A DNA stretch of 64,000 nt from an uncultured Candidatus Saccharibacteria bacterium (lineage in GTDB: Bacteria; Patescibacteriota; Minisyncoccia; Phycocordibacterales; CAIZLB01): NCBI GenBank assembly GCA_964450605.1, contig CAYVEK010000002.1, forward strand, positions 87,681 to 151,680, read 5' to 3'. The notes under the pieces were generated by a model, which saw only the letters and a list, made by a program, of their open reading frames with translations, did no database searches and was not told the origin of the DNA. The translations under genes and the position numbers were made by a program. Positions within the stretch are counted from its first letter, which is position 1; each line of letters opens with the position of its first letter. Shown one piece after another: positions 17,259-27,061 of the stretch.

Positions 17259-20252
17259 TTATTGATTTATCAGCTTTCTGGTCTTTGGACCAAAATACCC
17301 TGAAGCAGGTTTTATGCTATGTGCTTTTTGATACTCAATCAAGGCATCTTTTGTTAGCTTTCCAAAATAATTAGTACTTTTATCTTGGCCCAATATTTTT
17401 GCTTTAGGTCCACTATTTTCCTTAATTAAAAATTGTTGAAGATCCTTAACGTCTGATCCGACAGAGCCAACCTTTAAATCTCGAACAAAAACTTTTGTAT
17501 TTATTTTTTTAAAAGGTGCACCGTTATTATTTGTTTTTTCTTCGGCAAATAATTGAGGCCATTTTTTCTTCAACTGCTCTGCTTCTGTTTTTTTGCCCAT
17601 TTTATACAGATATTCAACTTGTTGAGCTATACTACTTCCACCCGCACCAGGTCCCACCTGAGCACTCGCGCCAGCAGACAAAGTCTGACCAAAAAGAGAG
17701 AATATAGAGAAGTGTGGAGCGGTACACGTTATAGTATTTGTACTAGTATTTACAGAACAATCGTTGAGTGCTGACCATTCACCATTTGCATAGTGATACA
17801 AACGAAGAGTCGCCTCATCCAAACCTGCAATATCTGCATCTGAATATGTATACGTTATAGTAACAGGCAAAGCAAAAGAATCGAGAATAACATTTGAATT
17901 TATAATAGCCTTAACGTCAAAAACTATATCTCCAACTTTCACGGTTGTACTTGTAGGTTTACCAATAAGTCCAATAACAGGATTTCCAGGTAAAGATTGG
18001 ATCTGTATAATCACATTTGATGATGTCGAGGTGAAGTTTGCCGGAGTAGTAATCATAAACGTTGCTCCACCCTCTGTAAGTTGTGTTGTTGTTGTAGCAC
18101 TTACAGTTACATCTGTTGAAGTTGCTGATGTTTGAACAACTGATGCTTCACAACCTATTGTTTTAAATGTATCGTCAGATGACGTTGCTGTATTTGTATA
18201 CCCATCACGAGATACAATTTTATAGTAATACGTTGAGCAAGGAACTAGATTTGTTAGAGCTATAGAATGAGAAGTAACTCTGGGTGAGGTGTCTGTTTCC
18301 GCTGTACTGCTACTAAATTTAACTACTCCATAGTATACACGACTTGAAGCATTTTCATTCGTACTCCAAGTTATAGACGCTGATGTTGAGGAAGTACTTG
18401 TTGCAGAAACAGATGTTATGACAGGTGCTGTAGTGTCACCCATGGTAAAGTTCCAAGAAGTACTCGCATTTACACCTGCAAAGTACGCATGTGACCCATC
18501 TCTAAAAGCTGTACTTGGAATCATTACATAGTAGCCAACTCCTTCTTGAAAATCATTTACAGGATTAACAACTATAGTGTTTGTACCACTTCCCGTTACC
18601 GTTGAGCTTGCAACATTTATTGTCTCAAACACCGTATTGTCAGCTGTTTTGTAAATCGTAATATCACTTGTACTTGCATATACAGTCGTACTAAACAACA
18701 TCGTTAGATTTGTTGATGTTGCAACGCCGGTCGAGTTGTCTGCTGGAGTTAGAGACGAGATACTTGGTGCATTTGTTGTGCTAATTGATACATTTTTAGC
18801 TATAACAGTTGGCAAGGCTCCAAGAGCACCGTACTCAACAACATATCCAGGCAGTGTTGTTCCTGTACAAGGAAGATCGTTCCATTTTCCAGATCCACCT
18901 GATAAGAATTGACCACAATCTTCATTTGAACCCGCATCATTTGGTTCACCAGTTCCCCAGTTTGCGTAATTACCACCAAAAGTAGATCCTCCACTTGCAC
19001 CACTCCAAAACTGTGTACCTGTCTCAGGCCCTGTCGCCCACTTCCAAGCACCTTCGACAGCAGAATCAGAAGCGCCCATCCAACCGGCATTCGATAAACG
19101 AGCTGCGACGAAATCATTTTCTTGTTGTGAAGTAATGGTTGTTAGGTACCCAGTAGCACCATATTTTGTAAGTGAAGCTGCTGCGGCTTGTGCCCCTTGC
19201 CATGTAAGTGTACTTGATATGTATTCATATAGATGGCCGTTATCTGCAAAAAATACTTCACCTGAAGGTACAAGAGAAACTTCAAGAGTGTCTGACCCTG
19301 TACTTGCTCGAGTATATGTAAGTGTTGAAAGAGCGTTATTAATATCCGTAACCGTTCCGCTAAAATACAATGTTGAACCAGTTGTTCCGCCTGTAAACGT
19401 AAGACCTGTTGTATTTGACATTGCCAATGTTCCACTTGTAACTCGCAACTTCACAGGTGTTGTTGATGCTCCATTTCCGCTTATTTGTACATCAGTTATA
19501 GGCATTGCCACATTTGCAGTACCTGTGACTGTATCTGCACCTACAATAGAAAAGTTTGCAGGAGGTGTGGCAGAATATGTTTGTACTCGAGTAGAGTGTA
19601 CAAAATGAACACCACTGTTATACCACGTTGATAAACCAGAAGATCCACTTCCTTGCAAGGTTGCAGAACTATCCGTTGTATTAAAAGTACCAACAAGACT
19701 ATTGTCAGCAAGATTTCTCACAATGACAGATATAACTGTTGCATTTGTACTTGTTGCAGAAAACTCAATACTATACCCAATAGAATTGTTAAGAGAAAGT
19801 GCCGTTGTTCCAAGTGAGGTTGTAACTCCTCCAACTATTTTATATACAAATATTCCACCACTTCCGATATGTGCAAGATAATGATCATTTGTCCCTGATT
19901 GATATCGCAAAACAAGTCCTAAAAACTGACCAAAGTTTTCTCCCGCAGGAAGAGTTGCTATGATACGCTGGTCCTGTTTATTTTCTGAACTTGGTCGTAA
20001 CAAAAACTTTGTCAAATAATCTGAACTTGCATACGACGATCCTTGCAGTTGATTGTTCGATATATTCCACATACCTCCTGCCGTATCTATCCACCCATTA
20101 CCGGCGCCCGATGTTGAGCCTGGAGTAGAAGACGTTGCAGTATCTGCTCGAGTAAATGAATCATCGACAACTGGATACCATGTCGTTGCGCTAACTGATA
20201 CCGACAATAATGATACTGAAAAAATAAATAAAAATTTTGAAACTTGTTTCAT
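17259..20252 (-). CDS. Large secreted multidomain surface protein: C-type lectin-like domain, Ig-like (Big) and FN3-like domains, C-terminal peptidoglycan-binding domain
   Basis: 997 aa with a signal peptide. The lectin-like region is WQGAQAAAASL...QQENDFVA...EGAWKWATG...ANWGTGEPNDAGSNEDCGQF...GKWNDLPCT. The FN3-like region is SITWSTNENASSRVYYG...CSTYYYKIVSRDGYTN. The C-terminal PG_binding_1-like region is LKVGSVGSDVKDLQQFL...LIEYQKAH. Confidence 0.75.
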   Translation of the reverse strand: MKQVSKFLFIFSVSLLSVSVSATTWYPVVDDSFTRADTATSSTPGSTSGAGNGWIDTAGGMWNISNNQLQGSSYASSDYLTKFLLRPSSENKQDQRIIATLPAGENFGQFLGLVLRYQSGTNDHYLAHIGSGGIFVYKIVGGVTTSLGTTALSLNNSIGYSIEFSATSTNATVISVIVRNLADNSLVGTFNTTDSSATLQGSGSSGLSTWYNSGVHFVHSTRVQTYSATPPANFSIVGADTVTGTANVAMPITDVQISGNGASTTPVKLRVTSGTLAMSNTTGLTFTGGTTGSTLYFSGTVTDINNALSTLTYTRASTGSDTLEVSLVPSGEVFFADNGHLYEYISSTLTWQGAQAAAASLTKYGATGYLTTITSQQENDFVAARLSNAGWMGASDSAVEGAWKWATGPETGTQFWSGASGGSTFGGNYANWGTGEPNDAGSNEDCGQFLSGGSGKWNDLPCTGTTLPGYVVEYGALGALPTVIAKNVSISTTNAPSISSLTPADNSTGVATSTNLTMLFSTTVYASTSDITIYKTADNTVFETINVASSTVTGSGTNTIVVNPVNDFQEGVGYYVMIPSTAFRDGSHAYFAGVNASTSWNFTMGDTTAPVITSVSATSTSSTSASITWSTNENASSRVYYGVVKFSSSTAETDTSPRVTSHSIALTNLVPCSTYYYKIVSRDGYTNTATSSDDTFKTIGCEASVVQTSATSTDVTVSATTTTQLTEGGATFMITTPANFTSTSSNVIIQIQSLPGNPVIGLIGKPTSTTVKVGDIVFDVKAIINSNVILDSFALPVTITYTYSDADIAGLDEATLRLYHYANGEWSALNDCSVNTSTNTITCTAPHFSIFSLFGQTLSAGASAQVGPGAGGSSIAQQVEYLYKMGKKTEAEQLKKKWPQLFAEEKTNNNGAPFKKINTKVFVRDLKVGSVGSDVKDLQQFLIKENSGPKAKILGQDKSTNYFGKLTKDALIEYQKAHSIKPASGYFGPKTRKLINQ

Positions 20253-20281
20253 TATAGAATCAAGTATATCAAAGTATTATT

Positions 20282-20761
20282 TTAAATACACACCTCAACT
20301 GTTTCAATCACAACTGAAACTCTCGGTCTGTCTGCCATATCTACTGCAACCTGTTCGATTTCAGCAACTATATCCATACCTCCTATAACTTTTCCGAAAA
20401 CAGTATGTTTGGTATCTAAAAATAGATTATCTTTTACGTTTATGAAGAACTGGCTACCGTTTGTGTTTGGACCAGAATTTGCCATAGAGATAGTTCCTGC
20501 CAAGTTATGATTCTCTGCATGTATTTCATCTGCAAACTTGTACCCTGGGCCGCCTGTTCCCCAAAAATCAATCTTTTCGTCATCTTTAGTTAACGGATCA
20601 CCACTTTGAATCATAAAACCAGCAATCACTCGATGAAATTTTACACCGTTGTAAAATCCATCTTTTGAAAGTTTGATGAAGTTCGCAACCGTATTTGGTG
20701 CTAGTTTTTGAAATAATTCGAGAGTAATATCGCCACGATTTGTATGTAGAATTGTTTTCAT
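20282..20761 (-). CDS. ppiB: Peptidyl-prolyl cis-trans isomerase, cyclophilin type
   Basis: FHRVIAGFMIQSGDP...NGSQFFI matches cyclophilin. Confidence 0.9.
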   Translation of the reverse strand: MKTILHTNRGDITLELFQKLAPNTVANFIKLSKDGFYNGVKFHRVIAGFMIQSGDPLTKDDEKIDFWGTGGPGYKFADEIHAENHNLAGTISMANSGPNTNGSQFFINVKDNLFLDTKHTVFGKVIGGMDIVAEIEQVAVDMADRPRVSVVIETVEVCI

Positions 20762-20789
20762 GGGATGAGTGTAACATAAAACCTATGTA

Positions 20790-21467
20790 TCACGAATCCC
20801 CTTCTATATCCTCAGCCACGATCCAATCACAACCCTCCGGACCAACCACTGCAGTGTGTTTTACATGTGAAGGAACATCAAATCTCTCACCGGCCTTAAA
20901 GGTTTTATCAAAACCACTGGTAAAAGTAACTGAGCCTCTGAGTATATAAAAAGCTGTTCTTCCTTTATGTTCATGTTCTTCGTACACAGTGTTAGGTGCA
21001 TCTGTCCATTCGAAGATGTGGAGGTATCCGTCTTTTTTGAATTGACCTTTAAGGTAATCTTTTATTAATTCAATATCTCGCAAATCTTTTTCACGAGCAC
21101 TATCAGCTTTGCATACTAAAATATTCGGTAATGACTGAACAGGTATATCGTTGATTAAATCTGCCTCTGAAAGAACTTTTTGAACATCAAAGAAATAATT
21201 TTGTTTTTCCAAATACACATCTCCATATATTTCTATATCATCTTTTATTAGTCGTTTACGATTCCATTTTTGTTCGTACTCAGAATCTAGGATAAAACCC
21301 TCTGACATAAGGCGATTAAATAAATCTGGAGCAACTAAAATATCCAGGTCTCTAGTATCTCGAATTCCTCTTACTGCAAGGTTTGAACCTCCTATGAGCA
21401 TATATTGACCCGTTGGTAAGTTGAGGGATTTAACTTTATTTATTATGTCTGTGGGTGTATATGACAT
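20790..21467 (-). CDS. Fusion protein: N-terminal minimal nucleotidyltransferase-like domain plus C-terminal cupin domain
   Basis: N-terminal GGSNLAVRGIRDTRDLDILV is MNT-like; C-terminal HEHKGRTAFYILRGSVTF...H is a cupin motif. Confidence 0.45.
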   Translation of the reverse strand: MSYTPTDIINKVKSLNLPTGQYMLIGGSNLAVRGIRDTRDLDILVAPDLFNRLMSEGFILDSEYEQKWNRKRLIKDDIEIYGDVYLEKQNYFFDVQKVLSEADLINDIPVQSLPNILVCKADSAREKDLRDIELIKDYLKGQFKKDGYLHIFEWTDAPNTVYEEHEHKGRTAFYILRGSVTFTSGFDKTFKAGERFDVPSHVKHTAVVGPEGCDWIVAEDIEGDS

Positions 21468-21469
21468 GT

Positions 21470-21793
21470 TTATATATTCTCTAACGGATACACATCCATT
21501 GCAATCTCATCATATGGGTGCACTTCTTTAATAGCCCTGATAACCTCTTGCAGTTTTTCCCTCGAACAGATTGTTTCTATTCTTTCTTCTATCACCTCTT
21601 CAAACTTTCCAACTTCACCGATATGAGGGTTTGCACCAACTTCAGGTTTAAATCTCCCTATACCTTTTGAAGAAAAAGTACAGTACGTGTAGTTACCTAT
21701 TTTTCCTGCTCCTGCTTTTCCCATAGCTTCTCGAACAATATCAGTGTGAGTTTCTGGGACGAATATGACGATTTTGACGTTAAGTGAGTTCAT
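21470..21793 (-). CDS. Stand-alone YqfO/Nif3-insert-type PII-like domain protein
   Basis: IFVPETHTDIVREAMGKAGAGKIGNYTYCTF...RFKP...HPYDEIAMDVYPLENI closely parallels the PII-like insert of Bacillus YqfO (AYVPEHYADEVKEALFSAGAGHIGQY...AHPYEEVAYDVYPLEN), as I recall that sequence. Confidence 0.6.
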   Translation of the reverse strand: MNSLNVKIVIFVPETHTDIVREAMGKAGAGKIGNYTYCTFSSKGIGRFKPEVGANPHIGEVGKFEEVIEERIETICSREKLQEVIRAIKEVHPYDEIAMDVYPLENI

Positions 21794-21797
21794 ATTA

Positions 21798-22616
21798 TTA
21801 TTTTAATTTCTTAATTGTATTATTAGACTGCAGTGATTTCATTTGAGATATTGCAATTTCATTTAATTTTAATATTCTATCAGATTGAGTCATTCCCATT
21901 TTTATAAACTCAGCATTCAATGTTTCTAGATTTGCAAGACATACAAGCTCATACACATCAGCATAATCACGCATATTTCCTTCTTTATTTTTATTCTTAC
22001 TCTTCCACTCCTGAGCAGTCATTCCGAAAAGTGCCTTATTTAAAATATCAGCCTCGTTTGCATAGATTCCTACCGCATCCTGTTTTGATAATTTATTTGG
22101 TAAAACAATATTTTCTTTAATTGAATCTGTGTGAATTTTATAATTTATTTTTGTCAAAACTCTTTTTGCATCCCATCCAATCGTTAGACGTTCGGCTTCA
22201 TCTATTTTCAACCTTTGAAACTCTTTGATCAGATACAGTTTAAACTCAGCAGAAATCCAAGTGGCAAATTCAAATGCAATGTCTTTATGGGCAAATGTAC
22301 CTCCGCCATTTCCAGACTTAGAGATAATTCCAACGGCACCTGTAGTCTCTATCCACTTCTGAGGTGATAAAGTAAAACTATTGGAACCAGCCTCTTTTTT
22401 AAAGGCGTCGAATTCGACCCCTTTGAAATTTAAATTATTAACCCTTTCCCAAACACCCAAAAACTCTATAGTAGAATAATTTCTCATCCAATTTTTAACA
22501 ACATCTTTTGGCTCATTTGGATTCTTATATCGAGCAATATCAGTAAGGGAAATATAATCATCCTGACCCTGTCTAAATGTGTATATTTGAATACCTTGAG
22601 TGTTTATCTTCTTCAT
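21798..22616 (-). CDS. KilA-N domain protein (phage-derived DNA-binding module) with an antirepressor-like C-terminal region
   Basis: N-terminal ISLTDIARYKNPNEPKDVVKNWMRNYSTIEFLGVWE fits the KilA-N pattern. Confidence 0.65.
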   Translation of the reverse strand: MKKINTQGIQIYTFRQGQDDYISLTDIARYKNPNEPKDVVKNWMRNYSTIEFLGVWERVNNLNFKGVEFDAFKKEAGSNSFTLSPQKWIETTGAVGIISKSGNGGGTFAHKDIAFEFATWISAEFKLYLIKEFQRLKIDEAERLTIGWDAKRVLTKINYKIHTDSIKENIVLPNKLSKQDAVGIYANEADILNKALFGMTAQEWKSKNKNKEGNMRDYADVYELVCLANLETLNAEFIKMGMTQSDRILKLNEIAISQMKSLQSNNTIKKLK

Positions 22617-22648
22617 ATTTGCTCAAAGTGTATCATACTAAAAATCTT

Positions 22649-23122
22649 TTATTTATGTTGTAATGTTTGAACAACAATACGATGTCTATATTTGGCATGT
22701 CTAACAGACTCATCTAAAAATCTAGTGATTCGAACATCACGATTGCCGTCAGAGATAATACGAACATCTGCCACAAAAAATTCATTATTTGCTTTAAAAA
22801 GAAATCTAAAACATGTCCACTCTTCCATGCTTAAGATATAGTCTTTCGCATTATGTATGATAAAACTTTTTATCTGCGGAGTTGTGAGAACTAAATGGTC
22901 TATGTTTTGATCAATACTTTCAAAAATATTTTTATACTCCGCATCCTCTGTTTGTTCATACACATCTACCGTAATATCAGGAGTTGGAGACTCAGGTTTA
23001 TCGCACCCCCAATTTTTAAAATCAGGACTAATATAGTTAAAAATATCTTGGGCAGAAGCGAGGATTTCTGTACCGTCAGTAGAGCCAATCGTTACAGATG
23101 TGTCTAGCTTATTACAAATCAT
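22649..23122 (-). CDS. Orphan hypothetical protein (157 aa); first of three small genes each preceded by the conserved GTTGGAC...GTTAGAAC element
   Basis: ATG lies directly adjacent to repeat copy A. No known domain. Confidence 0.3.
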   Translation of the reverse strand: MICNKLDTSVTIGSTDGTEILASAQDIFNYISPDFKNWGCDKPESPTPDITVDVYEQTEDAEYKNIFESIDQNIDHLVLTTPQIKSFIIHNAKDYILSMEEWTCFRFLFKANNEFFVADVRIISDGNRDVRITRFLDESVRHAKYRHRIVVQTLQHK

Positions 23123-23123
23123 T

Positions 23124-23150
23124 GTTGGACGGATTGATACAAGTTAGAAC
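23124..23150. repeat. att-like conserved element, copy A (GTTGGACGGATTGATACAAGTTAGAAC)
   Basis: Three copies occur at 23124, 23514 and 23901, spaced 390 and 387 bp apart. Each sits just upstream of a minus-strand small gene. Confidence 0.8.
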
Positions 23151-23154
23151 CGTT

Positions 23155-23505
23155 TTAATTAAAATACAAGAACATTCCCATCACCAAAATCAGCTGAATT
23201 CCCACAGTAAACAGTAATCTTTTAAATCCTGTAGACTGAACCAATGAAGCGTGTTGCAAAACACTCACACCGATAGGATCAATCTGGTTTCCTAAATCAG
23301 TAGGCTTTGTTGATGGATCATAAAGATATACTGCCAGCGACAATGTGTACACAAGAATTGCCTGAAGTAATCCGCTAATAATGGTTTGATTTTCCTGATA
23401 TTTGAAAAATACTGTTGATATTAGTGAAAACACTATAGCAGTAATGAATAAAATTGTGAGCGAAACTTTTTTGGATCTATAATACATACATAAATAATAC
23501 CACAA
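23155..23505 (-). CDS. Orphan small membrane protein (3-4 TM helices); annotated start is TTG, and an internal ATG at 23487 is more likely the true start
   Basis: Hydrophobic helices; no known domain. Confidence 0.3.
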   Translation of the reverse strand: MWYYLCMYYRSKKVSLTILFITAIVFSLISTVFFKYQENQTIISGLLQAILVYTLSLAVYLYDPSTKPTDLGNQIDPIGVSVLQHASLVQSTGFKRLLFTVGIQLILVMGMFLYFN

Positions 23506-23513
23506 AACCTCTC

Positions 23514-23540
23514 GTTGGACCGATTACGTGAAGTTAGAAC
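23514..23540. repeat. att-like conserved element, copy B (GTTGGACCGATTACGTGAAGTTAGAAC)
   Basis: Direct repeat of copy A/C. Confidence 0.8.
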
Positions 23541-23561
23541 TGCTTTGATAAAATCAAGCCT

Positions 23562-23861
23562 TTAATTGCCTGAAAAACAGATATACTCATGAGTATTAAT
23601 TGTTAATATAAAATCTTGTATTTGAGAAGAAACACTTGCTAATTCTTCAGAGAACTTGAACGTCTTCAACTCGGATATCAATTGAGGAACTTGTAGTGTA
23701 TTGAAAATTGTATCTCCATAAGGATCAATTCCCCAGAGAGTTTTGAAAGTTTTTTCCTGATCCCTGTCATGTATTTCAGCAAGAAGACGACCGAAATCTA
23801 GGTTTGAATCGGTTATTATTTTCCCATGTTCGTCTTGTAAGAATATTCCTATTGGTTGCAT
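23562..23861 (-). CDS. Orphan small cytosolic protein (99 aa)
   Basis: No known domain. A TGTGAT-N3-ATCACA palindrome lies between repeat C and its ATG. Confidence 0.3.
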   Translation of the reverse strand: MQPIGIFLQDEHGKIITDSNLDFGRLLAEIHDRDQEKTFKTLWGIDPYGDTIFNTLQVPQLISELKTFKFSEELASVSSQIQDFILTINTHEYICFSGN

Positions 23862-23882
23862 ATTGTGATCATATCACACAAT

Positions 23883-23927
23883 TTGTTAACAAAATCACTT
23901 GTTGGACGGATTACGTGAAGTTAGAAC
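23883..23927. repeat. att-like conserved element, copy C, fused to a 22-mer (TTGTTAACAAAATCACTTGTTG) that is identical to the sequence abutting the tRNA-Gln 3' end at 28004-28025
   Basis: Exact 22-nt identity seen in the sequence. Confidence 0.85.
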
Positions 23928-23993
23928 CTCTTTATATCATACTTTGGTGGGTAAATATGCAGTGATGAGGACATGTGAAAAAGTCTAATACCA

Positions 23994-24022
23994 TTGACAT
24001 TTGTATCTATGGATTGTATTAT
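23994..24022 (+). promoter_or_regulatory. Sigma-70-like promoter TTGACA-17-TATTAT upstream of the radical SAM gene
   Basis: Consensus hexamers with 17-bp spacing. An AT-rich promoter abuts a GC-rich ORF. Confidence 0.5.
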
Positions 24023-24058
24023 TGCAGGCAGAAACCAAACCCTCAAACTCCCGCACAA

Positions 24059-25917
24059 TGAACAAAATAATCGCTCCCCTTCTCGTCATCTGTATGATGG
24101 CCTTGAACCTCACCACCAACACATCTTGGGAGGTTAATCTCTCACCAGACTCCGTCTGCAAAATGATCTACAACCACACGGACGTAGACAAACCAATCAC
24201 CCTCAAAGCTCGTTCTGTTGAAGTCGAGATGTACGTAGAGTACGGATGGGGTTGGAGGACAGTTAACGTGCTTGGTGAACCCAAGACCGAAATATCCTTC
24301 AAACCGGGCCCTGCATACATCGTTCCGATCTGTGATATCAGAGTGCTTTCCAATAAGAAACGTCATACCGACTTCGCCTTGCGAGTCTGCGCCGTGGCCG
24401 CTCCGTACTGGATATGCAATAAGAATCCAAATCGTCGCCTCAGCCTCAACAGTCGAACGCCATTCTCGTTGCAGAACGCTCTCCGATGTGTCGCTGAAGC
24501 AGCTCAAAACGAAGAAGGTCCACTCAATGCAAATTGGACTGATCCCGAACTCGTTCACGAATCAATGATGCTCTTCGATGATTACGAAGAGAACGCTGCC
24601 AGCTTTGCAGACCGCCTCCGGCTCATTCAGCCAAACGTCCTGTACATCGGATCAATGACCCTGTCTTTCCCCGGGGCTGTCGAACTTGCCCGCACAGCAA
24701 AGCAAATGTTTGGAGACGGGATTCTCGTAGTGCTTGGCGGCCGACATGTGAACGAAACGTTTTACACGGAGGCAAATCAAATCAAGCATCACAAAGGATC
24801 ACCGCTCCTACTTATGCAGCAAGGAAAGATCGACCAGGTCTTCGACTTGGTCGTCTCAGGCGATGGAGAGCATATATCATTAAAGATCGCCGAGATTGTC
24901 CAACGCGTCGCGACGGACAATCTAATGGTGCGAAACTTTTTTGATCACTCGCTCGAACTTTCCGAGGCTCCAGGAATCTGGCAAGCCGGATGGATCACCG
25001 CTCGGAACGAGATCGAAACGGTGCGTAGTTTAAAACCGCAAGACCGCAGCAGTTTACCAATCCCGGCAGAGGTCTTTGGTATCACCTCGCGCTTCCCTAT
25101 CTTTGGCACGGATTACACCGCGCACGTCTACAGCGATTCAAGTCGAGGCTGCGTGCGAGACTGCAGCTTCTGCAGCGAACGTCGATCAGTGGCCGGAGGT
25201 ATGCAAAACCCTGCGGCCAGTGCTGATCGATTGTTTAGACAGCTTCTTACAGTTCAAGAAATCGGCAGGATCAACGAGTGCTCGGTCAGTGCCTTCGTGG
25301 AGGATTCAATTCTCCTCGCCGGCAGTCCGCAGTACTTATCACGTCTTGCCGATCTTATGGAGAAATCCAAGTTCAACATGAGGTTCGGCGGTCAGTTCAC
25401 CGTAGCTGACCTAACAAACCCCCTCGTGCAACAACAGATTCAAAGACTACAGCAATATGGGTTGTACTATATCTACACAGGTATGGAAACAATCAACCCT
25501 GAAGCTGCGGCAGCCATGAGCAAAAACCGTAAGAAGAATACCCCGTGGTTAACACAAAACACCGAGGCTATAGACTTCGTGAGCAGGATCGGGCTAAAGT
25601 TCGGAGTGTCGGTTCTCTTCGGTATCGGCGAAAGCCAACTCGAGAGACTCCTACACCTGGACACACTCGCAGAGTGGCAGAGAGAATATCAAAACCCCTG
25701 CGTAGTCAGCCTGAATTGGGCGACCGAACACCCACTACTCAACCAGTCGTCACACGACTTTGTTGAGTGGGGCACCAACAGAGACGATCCTCGTCTTAGT
25801 TTGATGCAAGAGGTGTTCGGGGAATCATCCGCAAGGTATTGTTTCCACCCCCTACCCAACACAGAAGAACTCAGTATAATCGCGGAAAAGTTCAGAAACC
25901 TCAACAACCGTACGTAA
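24059..25917 (+). CDS. B12-binding-domain radical SAM enzyme (class B-like); GC-rich gene. The ORF-track start at 24001 is a TTG inside the promoter, so the likely start is ATG 24059 (MNKIIAPLLV...)
   Basis: CxxxCxxC motif in GCVRDCSFCSE. An upstream Rossmann-like B12-binding-type segment (ILVVLGGRHV) is present. About 50% GC by eye versus roughly 36% background. The N-terminal ~150 aa are unassigned and include a hydrophobic leader. Confidence 0.65.
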
Positions 25918-25978
25918 AGTAAGCAACCCTGACTACGTACAAATCCTCGTACCGGAGCAATCTGGTGCGAGGCATTTT

Positions 25979-27043
25979 TTATAATAATTCTTTGCAGGCA
26001 ATTACCAATGTATCAATATCTTTCTTACTATTTGATATTGATAGAGATATTCTAATAAGTGGAATACCGGGTTCTACAATACTATATCCCATATTATCAG
26101 ATACACTGATTTTATATTGATCTAATAATTTTTTAACTACATCTGCAGTTAGATCTCTATCCCCTACTGACAATGTAATAATATGATTTACTTGGTGTGG
26201 CACCTCATAAATATATTTCTCTAGACCATTTAATTTAAATTGCTCTACTAGATACAATCTAAGATCATGTATATGTTTTTCAAAATCAACTTCGTTAAAT
26301 TGCTTTAACATCTCAACCGTTGAAAATAACTCCTTGGTATAACCACCGAGATCAATCTGAGGATACTCACAATCCTCAGATATATATTTATATTTAAATC
26401 CTTTTTCCAAAACACAGAGACCGAGATGTAGTTCAGCACCGATGAACTTCGATGATGTAGCAATGTATGCATCCGTATAATGCAATGGATAGATTTTTGA
26501 TCCACCAATCATCTGCGCTCCATCTGCAATACATACAGCATCTGGATATTTTTCTTTTACATGTTTAAAAATAGACTCAACTGGATATTCTTGTCCGGTT
26601 AATCTCGATACATGTGAATGAATGACAACGACAACAATTCCTTCATCTTCCAGAATCATAGGTCCCTCATCTGGATCGAATACTGTAACTGGATGTGACT
26701 GAAATGTGAATTGATGCTTTGTTGCATAGTTTGGATATGACATATCTTCCAATGACAGCTCTCCTCGTTGCAATATATCTTTAATCCAAAAAACCTCATG
26801 GGCATCTAAGAATATGGATATAGGTTTTCCGTTCTTACTCACCATATCAACAATATATGCAATATGGGTTGAAACATTCTGATCAATATAGACATGTTGG
26901 TCAACGTCAGTCCATAGAACTGACATATCCTGACGCAACCGCGAAACCAACTCACCCGAGTCTTGTTTGATCTCTGTATTAGATAGGAGTTTTGGCTTTC
27001 TACCATCACAGCTGTTCAAATAAATTATCGGCATTAGATTCAT
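25979..27043 (-). CDS. PLP-dependent aminotransferase class V-like (cysteine desulfurase / epimerase fold)
   Basis: VCIADGAQMIGGSKIY...ATSSKFIGAELHLG resembles the class V Lys region. Confidence 0.55.
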   Translation of the reverse strand: MNLMPIIYLNSCDGRKPKLLSNTEIKQDSGELVSRLRQDMSVLWTDVDQHVYIDQNVSTHIAYIVDMVSKNGKPISIFLDAHEVFWIKDILQRGELSLEDMSYPNYATKHQFTFQSHPVTVFDPDEGPMILEDEGIVVVVIHSHVSRLTGQEYPVESIFKHVKEKYPDAVCIADGAQMIGGSKIYPLHYTDAYIATSSKFIGAELHLGLCVLEKGFKYKYISEDCEYPQIDLGGYTKELFSTVEMLKQFNEVDFEKHIHDLRLYLVEQFKLNGLEKYIYEVPHQVNHIITLSVGDRDLTADVVKKLLDQYKISVSDNMGYSIVEPGIPLIRISLSISNSKKDIDTLVIACKELL

Positions 27044-27061
27044 AGTAGCATATCGATATCT

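Noticed and set aside
19135-19608. Several 60-160-aa ORFs inside 17259..20252 on both strands
   Set aside because: They are nested within the 997-aa lectin/FN3 gene, which has a continuous frame and clear domain signatures.
23124-23927. Possible CRISPR array (three conserved direct repeats)
   Set aside because: The repeats are about 388 bp apart, and the intervening sequence encodes proteins with start codons adjacent to each repeat. The repeats are imperfect and only about 27 bp long, which is not CRISPR-like.
24142-25907. Multiple 60-140-aa ORFs on both strands within the radical SAM gene
   Set aside because: High GC inflates spurious ORFs. The long plus-strand frame carries the CxxxCxxC and Rossmann-like motifs.
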